DNA from: an uncultured Bacilli bacterium
GTDB taxonomy: Bacteria; Bacillota_I; Bacilli_A; RF39; UBA660
DNA length: 64,000 bases
Assembly (NCBI GenBank): GCA_934148875.1
Contig: CAKPDJ010000001.1
Coordinates: 5,840 to 69,839 of the forward strand
Direction of reading: 5' to 3'
The notes under the pieces were generated by a model. The model saw only the letters and a list, made by a program, of their open reading frames with translations, had not been told where the DNA came from and did not search any database. This document shows positions 49,394 to 59,565 of the stretch, in pieces (within the stretch, counting starts at the first letter, position 1; each line of letters starts with the position of its first letter). Made by a program: the position numbers and the translations under genes.

Positions 49394-49990
49394 ATGTATC
49401 CTAGTAGTTTAGAACAATTGATAGATTCTTTTAAATATTTACCTGGAATAGGAGAAAAAACAGCTGAGAGACTTGCTTTTGCTGTTATGGAAATGGATGA
49501 AGAAAGGGTTTCACAATTTTCTGACAGTTTGATGAAAGTTAAAGAAAATATTCATCGTTGTCCTATTTGTAATGGTTTGACTGACAAAGATAAATGTTCA
49601 ATATGTGGTGATAACCTGCGTGATAATAGTGTTTTATGTGTTGTTGAGGACCCTAAATCTGTATTCCTATTTGAAAAATTAGGTTTATATAAAGGTAAAT
49701 ATCATGTACTTAAAGGATTGATTTCTCCAATGGATGGAGTTAATCCTGAAGATATAGAATTAGAGAAGTTGATAGAAAGAGTAAAAAAAGATTCTTTTAA
49801 AGAAATTATTTTAGCATTTAAACCAAGTTTTGAAGGGGAGGCAACTTCCTTATATATTAAAAGAATTTTGGGTGATATGAATCTTTCTATTACTAAAATA
49901 GCTAGTGGTATTCCAATGGGTGCCGATATGGAATACATTGATGCTATGACTTTAGAGAGAGCCTTAATGGATCGTAAAAATGTAGAATAA
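49394..49990 (+). CDS. recR: Recombination protein RecR
   Basis: HhH N-terminus (LPGIGEKTAERLAF), a C4 zinc finger (CPICNG…CSICGD) and a Toprim domain. Confidence 0.95.
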   Translation: MYPSSLEQLIDSFKYLPGIGEKTAERLAFAVMEMDEERVSQFSDSLMKVKENIHRCPICNGLTDKDKCSICGDNLRDNSVLCVVEDPKSVFLFEKLGLYKGKYHVLKGLISPMDGVNPEDIELEKLIERVKKDSFKEIILAFKPSFEGEATSLYIKRILGDMNLSITKIASGIPMGADMEYIDAMTLERALMDRKNVE

Positions 49991-50027
49991 AAAAATTAAT
50001 GGCTCATATTTTTTATTAGGTGATACT

Positions 50028-50213
50028 ATGAAAAAAATATGGGGTTTAATTAAAAAAGTATTTTTTAGTTTTGTAATTTTATATGGCTTTAATACTATTG
50101 GTAGTAATTTTAGTTTAGTAATACCTATAAATTTTATAACAGTTTCGCTAATAACGTTTTTAGGTTTTCCCGCTTTACTATCTTTAGTTTTATTATTAGT
50201 AATAGCATTTTGA
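50028..50213 (+). CDS. Small two-TM membrane protein, possibly BofA-like
   Basis: 61 aa with two hydrophobic helices. It occupies the yaaL/bofA position after recR in Bacillus synteny. The assignment rests on position and topology only. Confidence 0.35.
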   Translation: MKKIWGLIKKVFFSFVILYGFNTIGSNFSLVIPINFITVSLITFLGFPALLSLVLLLVIAF

Positions 50214-50214
50214 G

Positions 50215-51093
50215 GTGATTTATGTGTTGGAAGTTTATAAGGACAAGCAGCCATTATTTTATGATGAAGTAAAAAATAGTATTACGAATAATAAAATAAG
50301 TCATGCTTATATGTTAGAAACAAATAATTATATTTTAAAAGATGATTTGATTTTATCTTTTATAAAAACATTATTTTGTCAAAATCATAATTTAGAACAG
50401 TCAAATTGTTTAGATTGTAATATCTGTCATTTGATAGACAATAATAGTTTATCAGATTTTAAGATTATTGAACCAGATGGAGCTTGGATAAAAAAAGATC
50501 AAATTCTTGGAATAAAAGAAGCATTTAAAACAACTTCATTTGAAAATAGACCAAGAATTTATTGGATTAAAGGAGCAGATAAACTAAATAAACAAGCAGC
50601 TAATTCATTACTTAAATTTTTAGAGGAGCCTGAGGGAAATATTATAGCTATATTAGAAGTTGATAATAGATATAAGGTTTTAGAAACTATTAGAAGCAGA
50701 TGTCAAATATATTCTTTTGTTAATCATGAAAAAAGTAAAGAAATAGAAAATATTGAATTATTGACAGAAATAATTAAAACTTTGGAAAATAAAAAAGAAA
50801 AGGCGATAGCTTATTTGCCTATCACATTAGATAATAATTATTATAATAAAGATTTTTGGAAAAGTCTTTTTCTTGACATGATTAATATTTATGAAAGTGC
50901 CATAAGAAAACAAAATAATTTGAATTTTTCTAATTATGGTGATATTTTGGAGTTAATAATTAGTAAAAATTCGATATCAGGTTTAATTAATAAAGTTAGT
51001 GTTTTATTTGAAATGGTTAATAATTTAAACTATAATTTAAACATGACGATGATGATTGATCAATTTGTTATTAAGTTTAATGGAGGTGAGTAG
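50215..51093 (+). CDS. holB: DNA polymerase III δ' subunit (HolB)
   Basis: Clamp-loader-like AAA+ module with a degenerate P-loop (SHAYMLE), a zinc module (CLDCNIC) and an SRC-like motif (TIRSRCQ). Confidence 0.8.
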   Translation: MIYVLEVYKDKQPLFYDEVKNSITNNKISHAYMLETNNYILKDDLILSFIKTLFCQNHNLEQSNCLDCNICHLIDNNSLSDFKIIEPDGAWIKKDQILGIKEAFKTTSFENRPRIYWIKGADKLNKQAANSLLKFLEEPEGNIIAILEVDNRYKVLETIRSRCQIYSFVNHEKSKEIENIELLTEIIKTLENKKEKAIAYLPITLDNNYYNKDFWKSLFLDMINIYESAIRKQNNLNFSNYGDILELIISKNSISGLINKVSVLFEMVNNLNYNLNMTMMIDQFVIKFNGGE

Positions 51094-51094
51094 A

Positions 51095-51877
51095 GTGCAT
51101 AAAATAGTGGGAGTTATTTTTAATGAAAAAGGAAAAAGTTATTTCTTTTCGTGCAATAGCTTGGAATTAAATAAGGGTGATTATGTTATTGTTGAAACTG
51201 AAAAAGGTTTACAGTATGGACAAGTTGTTGTTCAACCTTATGAAATAAATGAAGAAGATATTGGTTTCCCATTAAAAAATGTAATTCGTATTGCTACTAA
51301 AGAAGATAATAAACAATATGATAAGAATAAAAAAGATGCTTCCCAGGCATTGATTAAGTCTAGAGAATTAGTTGAAGAATTTAATTTGAATATGAGAATT
51401 ATTGATGTCAATTATACCTTTGATAGAAAACAACTTTTATTTAATTTCTTAGCTGATTCAAGAATAGATTTTAGAGAATTAGCCAAAAAGCTTGCTCAAA
51501 TTTATAAAACTCGTATTGAACTTAGACAAATTGGGGTTAGAGATAAGGCTAAAGAAATAGGTGGAATTGGTCCTTGTGGGCGTTTCTTATGTTGTAGTAC
51601 TTTTTTAACGGATTTTAATAGTGTTTCTATTAATATGGCAAAAAATCAAATGTTAGCATTAAATCCTACAAAAATAAATGGTTTATGTGGTAGACTCTTA
51701 TGTTGTTTAAATTATGAAGATGAAGTTTATACTGAAATGAAAAAAGGTATGCCTAATATTGGTCAAACTTTTAAAGACAGTGAAGTAGAAGGCAAAGTTA
51801 TATCTTTAAATTTATTAAAAAGAACTGCTACTATCGAAACTAAGAACAAATCACTAGTTGAGGTTGAAATAAAATAA
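51095..51877 (+). CDS. yaaT: PSP1-domain protein YaaT/RicT
   Basis: Strong match to B. subtilis YaaT (IGPCGRFLCCSTFL…NPTKINGLCGRLLCCLNYE). The proposed start is the GTG at 51095, 4 nt after a GGAGGTG RBS; the track start at 51056 overlaps holB. Confidence 0.8.
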   Translation: MHKIVGVIFNEKGKSYFFSCNSLELNKGDYVIVETEKGLQYGQVVVQPYEINEEDIGFPLKNVIRIATKEDNKQYDKNKKDASQALIKSRELVEEFNLNMRIIDVNYTFDRKQLLFNFLADSRIDFRELAKKLAQIYKTRIELRQIGVRDKAKEIGGIGPCGRFLCCSTFLTDFNSVSINMAKNQMLALNPTKINGLCGRLLCCLNYEDEVYTEMKKGMPNIGQTFKDSEVEGKVISLNLLKRTATIETKNKSLVEVEIK

Positions 51878-52593
51878 TGGAAGTATTACATGATTTAGTC
51901 GGATATAAAAATTTAAAAATATATCAAAATACAGATTGGTTTTTATTTTCTTTAGATTCAGTGCTACTTGCTAATTTTGTAACTCTTAATAAAAATATCA
52001 AGACTATATTTGACTTAGGTTGTGGAAATGCACCTATACCTTTAATTCTTTCAACTAAAACAGATGCACATATTGTTGGGGTTGAAATTCAAAAAGATTG
52101 CTATAAGCTGGCAAAGAAAAGCGTCATATATAATAAGCTTGATAGTCAAATTGAATTAATGAATATTGATATGAAAAACCTAAAAAATATGTATACTAGT
52201 GATAGTGTAGATGTTATTACTTGTAATCCTCCATATTTTAAATATTCTTCTACTAGTAATATTAATGAAGATGAGCATAAAGTAATAGCTAGACATGAGA
52301 AAATGATTACTTTGGATGATATATTGTCACTTGCTAGATATTTGTTAAAAAATAATGGTTGTATTGCTATGGTTCACCGTACTGATAGATTGATAGAAAT
52401 AATTAATGCTTTTCAAAAACATGGATTAGAAGTAAAAAAAATACGATTTGTATATCCTAGAATTAATTCCGAATCAAATATGGTTTTAATTGAGGGTAGA
52501 AAAAATGGTAAGGTTGGGTTAAAATTATTACCTCCACTTTATGTTCATGATAATAATAATTATACTGATGAAGTTATGACTATGTTTCAATAG
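51877..52593 (+). CDS. YabB/TrmN6-like tRNA (adenine-N6)-methyltransferase
   Basis: SAM-binding motif (IFDLGCGNAPIP) and an NPPY catalytic motif (CNPPYF). It is at the yabB position. Confidence 0.7.
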   Translation: MEVLHDLVGYKNLKIYQNTDWFLFSLDSVLLANFVTLNKNIKTIFDLGCGNAPIPLILSTKTDAHIVGVEIQKDCYKLAKKSVIYNKLDSQIELMNIDMKNLKNMYTSDSVDVITCNPPYFKYSSTSNINEDEHKVIARHEKMITLDDILSLARYLLKNNGCIAMVHRTDRLIEIINAFQKHGLEVKKIRFVYPRINSESNMVLIEGRKNGKVGLKLLPPLYVHDNNNYTDEVMTMFQ

Positions 52594-52609
52594 TAGGGAG
52601 ATGTTTATT

Positions 52610-53449
52610 ATGCGTCAAAAAAGTTATGATGATAGTCCTAGTTTATATTTAATTCCTACACCAGTTGGTAATATGGAAGATATAACACTTAGAGCTATTA
52701 ACATTTTAAAGAAAGTTGATTTTTTATTATGTGAAGATACTCGAATTACTGCAGAATTACTTAATAAATTGGATATTAAGAAAAAGTTAGTGCATTCTGA
52801 TGATCATAATGAAGATTCGTTAAAGGAAATGGTTTTATCTAAATTACAAGATGGACTTAACATAGGATTAGTTACTGATAGAGGCACCCCTATTATTAGT
52901 GATCCGGGTTATAAAATAGTAGAATATGTTACAAAAAATGGGTTTAATGTAATAAGTTTACCAGGGCCAACTGCTTTTGTACCTGCTTTAACTATGTCTG
53001 GAATTAATCCAGCACCATTTTTATTTTATGGTTTTTTAAATAGTAAAGAGTCAAAACGTATAAAAGAACTTGAATCTTTAAAAAATTTACCATATACTAT
53101 CATCTTGTATGAAGCTCCTCACAGAATTACTGATATGTTAAAATCATTATTATCAGTATTTGGTAATCGCCAAATAGCTTTATGTAGGGAAATAAGTAAG
53201 AAATACGAAGAAGCCATTCGTGGCACTATTGAAGAAGTGTTAACTGTTTCTGATACATTAAAGGGTGAAATGGTAGTAGTTGTTGAGGGTAATTTAGAAC
53301 AAGAAGATTATTCCTCACTTACTATTCTCGAACATATTAATTTATATTTAGAGGACGGCATGAGTGATAAAGAAGCTATAAAAAAAGTAGCTGTGGAAAG
53401 AGGTATTCCGAAGTCTGTTGTGTATAAGGAGTACCATATAGATAATTAA
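52610..53449 (+). CDS. rsmI: 16S rRNA (cytidine1402-2'-O)-methyltransferase RsmI
   Basis: LYLIPTPVGNMEDITLRA N-terminus typical of RsmI/YabC. The ATG at 52610 is spaced correctly from the GGGAG RBS. Confidence 0.9.
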   Translation: MRQKSYDDSPSLYLIPTPVGNMEDITLRAINILKKVDFLLCEDTRITAELLNKLDIKKKLVHSDDHNEDSLKEMVLSKLQDGLNIGLVTDRGTPIISDPGYKIVEYVTKNGFNVISLPGPTAFVPALTMSGINPAPFLFYGFLNSKESKRIKELESLKNLPYTIILYEAPHRITDMLKSLLSVFGNRQIALCREISKKYEEAIRGTIEEVLTVSDTLKGEMVVVVEGNLEQEDYSSLTILEHINLYLEDGMSDKEAIKKVAVERGIPKSVVYKEYHIDN

Positions 53450-53453
53450 AATT

Positions 53454-53467
53454 ATTTCCCGGGAAAT
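53454..53467. promoter_or_regulatory. Noc-binding site (NBS), perfect consensus
   Basis: ATTTCCCGGGAAAT within the 26-bp palindrome 53448-53473. It starts at the rsmI stop codon, upstream of pth. Confidence 0.7.
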
Positions 53468-53497
53468 AATTTTGGTCTTTTTGTTTATAATAAAGAG

Positions 53498-54067
53498 GTG
53501 AGTAAGTTGAAATTAATAGTTGGTTTAGGTAATCCTGGAAAAGAATATGAAAATACACGTCATAATATTGGTTTTCAGACGATTGATAAGTACGCTAGTA
53601 AATTAGGAGTTGGTATTAACAAATCAAAGTTTAATGGTTTATATGTTGATACAGTAATTAATGGTGAAAAGGTTATATTGTTGAAACCTCAGTCTTATAT
53701 TAATTTAAGTGGTGAAGTTATTCACAAATTTGTGGATTTCTATAAAATACCATTAAATGATATTTTAATTATTAATGATGATCTTGATTTACCTGTGGGA
53801 AACTTAAGAATAAAGAAACAAGGTTCTAGTGGTGGTCATAATGGCCTAAAGAATATTGAACTACATTTAGGTACTCAAGAGTATAAAAGAATAAAAATTG
53901 GTATATCTAATAATAAAAATATAGATACTAAAGATTATGTATTAGGTAAATTATCTACATCTGAAAAACAGAAGTTAGATGAGGTAATTAATATAGTTAT
54001 GAATATACTTGATGATTATTTTAATTTACCTTTTGATACATTGATGTCAAAATATAATCATAAATAG
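53498..54067 (+). CDS. pth: Peptidyl-tRNA hydrolase
   Basis: LIVGLGNPGKEYENTRHNIGF plus a catalytic His. The start is likely the TTG/GTG after a GAGGTGA RBS. Confidence 0.95.
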   Translation: MSKLKLIVGLGNPGKEYENTRHNIGFQTIDKYASKLGVGINKSKFNGLYVDTVINGEKVILLKPQSYINLSGEVIHKFVDFYKIPLNDILIINDDLDLPVGNLRIKKQGSSGGHNGLKNIELHLGTQEYKRIKIGISNNKNIDTKDYVLGKLSTSEKQKLDEVINIVMNILDDYFNLPFDTLMSKYNHK

Positions 54068-54080
54068 AACAGGTGATAAA

Positions 54081-57000
54081 ATGAATATTTTTGATGGCAA
54101 TATTCCAATTAAAAATATTAATAATATTGGCTTAGCTGGTCTTACAGATGAGCTTTTTTGTCGTTATATTAGTACTGTTTATTGTGAAAATGATAAGAGT
54201 ATACTAATTGTTACAGCTAGTTTGTTTGAAGCTAATCAGCTATATGATAGTTTACTTAATTATCAGGATAATGTTTTATTATTTCCAATGGATGATTTTT
54301 TAACTAGTGAGGCTATTGCTACTAGTCCAGATTTGATGGTTAATCGATTAGAAACTTTAAATACTTTATTAAATAAGGAAAAGCAAATTATTGTTACTAA
54401 TTTAATGGGTTATTTAAGATTTTTACCAACGCCAGATGTTTATAAGAACAGTATTTTTACTGTTAAAATTGGTCAAGATTATGATTTAAGTAAATTTGCT
54501 AATCATCTAAATAATATTGGTTATAAGAGAGAGTCTATAGTTACTAAGACTGGTGAATATGCAGTTCGTGGTTTTATTATTGATATTTTTCCTTTAGAAT
54601 ATGATCATCCAATACGTTTTGAATTTTTTGGTGATACTATTGATTCAATTCGTATTTTTGATGAGGATACTCAAAAGTCAATTTCAACTATTAATGATAT
54701 TACTATTTATCCATATAGTGAATTTATTCTTGATAAGGAAATAGATGAAGTTATTAATAAACAAAAATATTTAAAACAATATACAAATGTCTCATCAATA
54801 TTAGATTACATGAATGGTGGAATTGTTTTCTATAAAGATTATCCTCAGCTTACTATTAGTTATCAAAATATTATAAAAGAAACTATTGAATATAGAAATG
54901 AAAAAGATATTGATTTTAATGGCGATTATATGTTTAATCTTAATGAGTTATGTCCTAAATTTTTAAATCATTATCTAACTATAGATAATATTTTAAATGA
55001 TAAGAATATTAGTATTTATTATTTTGATGCTAAAGAAATATCACCTTTTCATGAAAATATAGATGCGATTAATCATTTTATTGATGAACAATTATATCTA
55101 AATAAGTATGTTTTAATATATTTAAAAGAAATACAAATTAAAAATTTTGTTAAAGAGCTTAATAGTAATTATATTATTACTGATGAAAGTAATGTTCAGA
55201 AAAATGTTGTTAATATTATTATTAAACCTTTAAATAAAGGTTATATATATCAAGATTATGTTGTTTTAACGGAACATGAACTATTTAATTATTCATCTGT
55301 TCGCAAAAAATATAAAACTAAATTTAAGTATGCTTCTAAAATAAGAGATATTAATAAGCTACAAATTGGTGATTATGTTGTTCATGCAGTTAATGGAATT
55401 GGTGTTTATAATGGTATTAAAACTCTTAATCATGGTAATTTAGTAAAGGACTATATTGAAGTTATCTATGCTGGTAATGATAAACTTTATATTCCTGTAG
55501 AAAAAATTGATTTAATAAGTAAATATTCTGGTAATGAGGGTACCGTCCCTAAAATTAATAAATTGGGTGGTGCAGACTGGAATAAAATAAAAGCTAGAGT
55601 CAAGAATAGAATTCATGATATTGCTGATAAATTGTTGAAATTATATGCTGAAAGAGAAATGAAAGAAGGGTATGCCTTTTCGTTAGATACAGATATGCAA
55701 AAAGATTTTGATAATAGTTTTGAATATACTGAAACTAAAGATCAGTTACTAGCAATAGACCAAATAAAAAAAGATATGGAATCAAAGCATCCTATGGATA
55801 GACTTCTTTGTGGAGATGTTGGATATGGTAAAACTGAAGTTGCATTTAGGGCTATCTTTAAAGCTGTAATGGATTCTAAACAAGTTTTATATTTATGTCC
55901 AACTACCATTCTTTCTAATCAACAGTATCAAAATGCTTTGGTTCGTTTTAGTAATTTTCCTATTAATATTGGTTTGCTTAATCGTTTTACTACTCCTAAG
56001 GAAAAGAAGAGAATTATTGAGGGACTAAAAGATGGTACTATTGATTTTGTGATAGGAACGCATAGATTACTTAGTAATGATATTAAACCAAAAGACTTAG
56101 GACTTTTAGTTATCGATGAAGAACAGCGATTTGGAGTAACACATAAGGAAAAAATTAAAGAATATAAAACTAATGTTGATGTTTTAACTTTAACGGCTAC
56201 ACCAATACCTAGAACTTTACAGATGTCAATGATTGGTATTAGAAGTTTATCTTTGATTGAAACACCACCAGTAGATCGTTATCCTGTACAAACTTATGTT
56301 ATTGAAGAGAATAATCAGATTATTAAAGATGCTATATATAAAGAATTAAGTAGGAAGGGACAAGTATTTTTACTTTATAATAAGATTGATACTATTGAGA
56401 AAAAAGTTGCTCAAATTCAAAGTTTAGTACCTGAAGCTAGAATTGTTTATGCTCATGGTAGGCTTACTAAAGAAGAGCTTGAAGATAGAATGCAAGCATT
56501 TATTAATTATGAATATGATGTTTTGATATGTACTACTATTATAGAAACTGGTATTGATATTCCTAATGCCAATACATTAATTATTTTAGATGCTGATCAT
56601 TTTGGACTTAGTCAATTGTATCAAATTCGTGGTCGTGTTGGTCGTAGTAATAAGATAGCTTATGCATATTTTATGTATTCTGCTAGTAAAATGCTTAATG
56701 ATGCTGCTGTTAAAAGACTTAATGCTATTAAAGATTTTACCGAATTAGGAAGTGGCTTTTCTATTGCTACACGTGACTTATCTATTCGTGGTGCTGGTGA
56801 TATTTTAGGTAGTGAACAAGCTGGTTTTATTGATACAGTAGGGATTGATTTATATTTAAAAATGCTTCAAGATGAAGTTAGTAGATTGAAGGGAATAACG
56901 CCTAAGGAAGAAATTATTCAAAACGAAAAACCATTACTTGATGTATCTACTCATATTTCTAATACTTATACTGATGATGATGACTTAAAAATTTCTATTC

Positions 57001-57374
57001 ATAAAGAAATTAATACTATAGACTCATTAGATAAGTTAAAGCAAGTTCAATCTGATTTAGAGGATAGATTTGGAAAACTTGATGATACTATTATTATTTA
57101 TATGTATCAGGAATGGTTTGAAAAGATGGCTAAAAATTTAGAAATAGAAAAAGTTACTAATACTAGAAATTCTATCGAATTATTATTTAGCGAGGATATA
57201 AGCAAAAAAATAGATGGGGAAAAGTTATTTATGGATGCATTTAATATTACGCCTATGTTTAGATTTAAAATGCTCCATAATAGATTAATTATAGTACTTG
57301 ATACAATAAAACTTGATAAACATTACATTTATTATTTAGTTGATTTACTTAGTAAAATTGAATTAAAAAAATAA
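54081..57374 (+). CDS. mfd: Transcription-repair coupling factor Mfd
   Basis: 1097 aa with UvrB-homology N-terminal domains, an RNAP-interacting domain, a superfamily-2 translocase (DVGYGKTEVA; DEEQRFGV) and a TRG motif. Confidence 0.95.
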   Translation: MNIFDGNIPIKNINNIGLAGLTDELFCRYISTVYCENDKSILIVTASLFEANQLYDSLLNYQDNVLLFPMDDFLTSEAIATSPDLMVNRLETLNTLLNKEKQIIVTNLMGYLRFLPTPDVYKNSIFTVKIGQDYDLSKFANHLNNIGYKRESIVTKTGEYAVRGFIIDIFPLEYDHPIRFEFFGDTIDSIRIFDEDTQKSISTINDITIYPYSEFILDKEIDEVINKQKYLKQYTNVSSILDYMNGGIVFYKDYPQLTISYQNIIKETIEYRNEKDIDFNGDYMFNLNELCPKFLNHYLTIDNILNDKNISIYYFDAKEISPFHENIDAINHFIDEQLYLNKYVLIYLKEIQIKNFVKELNSNYIITDESNVQKNVVNIIIKPLNKGYIYQDYVVLTEHELFNYSSVRKKYKTKFKYASKIRDINKLQIGDYVVHAVNGIGVYNGIKTLNHGNLVKDYIEVIYAGNDKLYIPVEKIDLISKYSGNEGTVPKINKLGGADWNKIKARVKNRIHDIADKLLKLYAEREMKEGYAFSLDTDMQKDFDNSFEYTETKDQLLAIDQIKKDMESKHPMDRLLCGDVGYGKTEVAFRAIFKAVMDSKQVLYLCPTTILSNQQYQNALVRFSNFPINIGLLNRFTTPKEKKRIIEGLKDGTIDFVIGTHRLLSNDIKPKDLGLLVIDEEQRFGVTHKEKIKEYKTNVDVLTLTATPIPRTLQMSMIGIRSLSLIETPPVDRYPVQTYVIEENNQIIKDAIYKELSRKGQVFLLYNKIDTIEKKVAQIQSLVPEARIVYAHGRLTKEELEDRMQAFINYEYDVLICTTIIETGIDIPNANTLIILDADHFGLSQLYQIRGRVGRSNKIAYAYFMYSASKMLNDAAVKRLNAIKDFTELGSGFSIATRDLSIRGAGDILGSEQAGFIDTVGIDLYLKMLQDEVSRLKGITPKEEIIQNEKPLLDVSTHISNTYTDDDDLKISIHKEINTIDSLDKLKQVQSDLEDRFGKLDDTIIIYMYQEWFEKMAKNLEIEKVTNTRNSIELLFSEDISKKIDGEKLFMDAFNITPMFRFKMLHNRLIIVLDTIKLDKHYIYYLVDLLSKIELKK

Positions 57375-57418
57375 CTACTAATGAACTGAACCAAAAAAGT
57401 TGGACAGTTTATAATTAG

Positions 57419-58912
57419 TTATTTTTTTTCGTATAGATAATAAGTTCTGGTATATTCTTCATATTGTTGAGTATGACTATCTATTAGATTATAGTTTTCT
57501 TTTATAATTTTTAATTCATCTTCTGCCAATTCATTATTGATAATTACATAGTCTGTTTGTTTTTCTTTGATGTATCTTTTTTGTTCATCTGTGTTATTTG
57601 GAAATAGTTCATATATAATATTGTTTCTTTGAAAATAATATTGATTTGGATATGTTTTAGTAGTGAAATAAAAACCACCATCTAAAAATCCATAGTTTAA
57701 TATACTTGAATTTGGTTTAATACTATCTAAAAAGGTGTATTGAGCATAGTATGATTTATTTTTACTTATATATTTTGTATTTGGTGAACGATAATATGAT
57801 ATAAATAAACAGACTATTATAATTATTGGTACTATATATTTTGTATTGTTAAGAATAACATTATTTATTCTTTTATCTTTTATAATTGTAGCAATAAATA
57901 TCAAGCCAAATATCATAAATGGCTGAATTGGTATGGAGTAATATCTAAAATTAGTACCTCCTATAAATATTGTTATTAAAAGTAATAGGGTAGATATTAA
58001 TAGATATATATTATTTTTTGTTTCTTTAAAGAATGTTTTTGTCTTAATAGATAGTACCATTGGAATAATAATTAATATTAAATATTGATAGTATCTAAAA
58101 ATAACGCCTTTAATAGTATTAAAACAATTAATTAGTTTTTGAAGTAATGTGTAATTATTAGCATAGCTATTTATATTGAATAAAAAATAAACATCAATTA
58201 AACTTTTAATTCCATTTTTATGTAGTCCAAAATATATTAACCATGGGATGGTAGTAATAGTAATTCCTAGAGTGAAATATCCAACTTTGCTTATTAAGTT
58301 TTTATAATTCTTATCTATTAGTGATTTTATTAGTACTGTTATACAAAAACCTATGCTAAATCCTAATAATGTATATTTCATCCATAGTAGGATACCGCTT
58401 AATATACCTACTATTATTGTATCTTTGTTACTGATATCTTTATTTTTTAAATATTTAATGTATGTATATATTAATATAGCTAATATTGGAAAACAAAATT
58501 CTTCACAACTACCACCATGAGTGAAACATCTAGTTGGTAGTATTAATAATGCAATGATAGGTATTAATATATAGCTATATTTTTTATCTAAGTAAATTTC
58601 TATTATTTTGCTTACATAATATAAAAATACTGAATATGAAATGACTTCTAGAATGAAGACACCTATAAAACTATTATTTGAAATTAATGAGGCTATTCCA
58701 TACAATAAAAAAAGTAATGGCCCTTTTTGTTCAAATAGGTCTAAATAGGGTATTTTTCCATTAATCATTGACTTACCAACTGTGAAAAAACATTGTGCAT
58801 CATACCAGTCATTTATTCTATATAATGGGGATGATTTAGTACAAATCAATAGAAATGTTATTGAAATTAAAATACAGTATAATATTTTTTTCTTATTCAT
58901 AATAATCACCAC
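57419..58912 (-). CDS. Polytopic membrane protein, possible GT-C-fold glycosyltransferase
   Basis: 497 aa with ~12 TM segments and an acidic first-loop motif (NDWYDAQ). It is convergent with mfd. Confidence 0.4.
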   Translation of the reverse strand: MVIIMNKKKILYCILISITFLLICTKSSPLYRINDWYDAQCFFTVGKSMINGKIPYLDLFEQKGPLLFLLYGIASLISNNSFIGVFILEVISYSVFLYYVSKIIEIYLDKKYSYILIPIIALLILPTRCFTHGGSCEEFCFPILAILIYTYIKYLKNKDISNKDTIIVGILSGILLWMKYTLLGFSIGFCITVLIKSLIDKNYKNLISKVGYFTLGITITTIPWLIYFGLHKNGIKSLIDVYFLFNINSYANNYTLLQKLINCFNTIKGVIFRYYQYLILIIIPMVLSIKTKTFFKETKNNIYLLISTLLLLITIFIGGTNFRYYSIPIQPFMIFGLIFIATIIKDKRINNVILNNTKYIVPIIIIVCLFISYYRSPNTKYISKNKSYYAQYTFLDSIKPNSSILNYGFLDGGFYFTTKTYPNQYYFQRNNIIYELFPNNTDEQKRYIKEKQTDYVIINNELAEDELKIIKENYNLIDSHTQQYEEYTRTYYLYEKK

Positions 58913-59116
58913 TTACTATCTATAATTATACCAATTTTTATTTTATCAGCAAATATATTTGATAGATTACATGATACGTTTTTTATATAGTATATAAGAA
59001 ATTTGATATAATATTGTAGTTATAAAACTAGGTTGAATTATTTAATATTAATAACTATAATAATAATAGATTAATGTAATAAATCTGTTGTGATTTTTGA
59101 GGTTAGGAGAATTATA

Positions 59117-59527
59117 ATGAACCAAAATAATTATTTAAATTACAGGGAAACTATATGTAGATATGCTGAGTTATATTTAGATACTTGTCATGATGATTTT
59201 ATAAATATTAATGATGGTATGATGCAACCTCAAGGAATAGAAGCTAATAAATTTTTAATTTTGTTGGCTCTTTTATATCCTTGTGAAGAAAAAAAGACAA
59301 TTTATTCTATTGATATAAATTTGACAGAGGATAATATAAAAGAATTTGTTGATAAGGAATATTGTAAGATCAATCAAAATTTAATAAAGAAAGATCCTGT
59401 TGAAATTGGAGAACTAATTTTAAATGATGCACAATGTTTTTATGAGAATAAGTATGGGCAGCTTGATAGCAGTAGTTTAGATTCAGCTATAGAAAATTTA
59501 CCTAAAGATTTGACTAATTATTTTTAA
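59117..59527 (+). CDS. Hypothetical protein
   Basis: Intact ORF. The ATG at 59117 follows an AGGAG RBS; the track start at 59090 is upstream of the RBS. Confidence 0.45.
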   Translation: MNQNNYLNYRETICRYAELYLDTCHDDFININDGMMQPQGIEANKFLILLALLYPCEEKKTIYSIDINLTEDNIKEFVDKEYCKINQNLIKKDPVEIGELILNDAQCFYENKYGQLDSSSLDSAIENLPKDLTNYF

Positions 59528-59565
59528 ACTGTTATGATTATCTTGAAAATAAAGGAATTGATATA

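Noticed and set aside
51056-51094. Apparent 38-bp overlap between holB and yaaT, and N-terminal extensions on several track ORFs
   Set aside because: The ORF track extends to the most upstream start codon, including TTG and GTG (for example 14038, 31859, 47348, 61034). Starts re-assigned by RBS spacing remove the overlaps.
32292-53473. A 22-26 bp GC-core palindrome (x4) that could be a MITE/transposon terminal repeat or a SmaI-type R-M target
   Set aside because: No transposase, target-site duplication or paired inverted ends are present. The 14-bp core exactly matches the Noc-binding consensus, and a noc gene is present, so a protein-binding-site interpretation is better supported.
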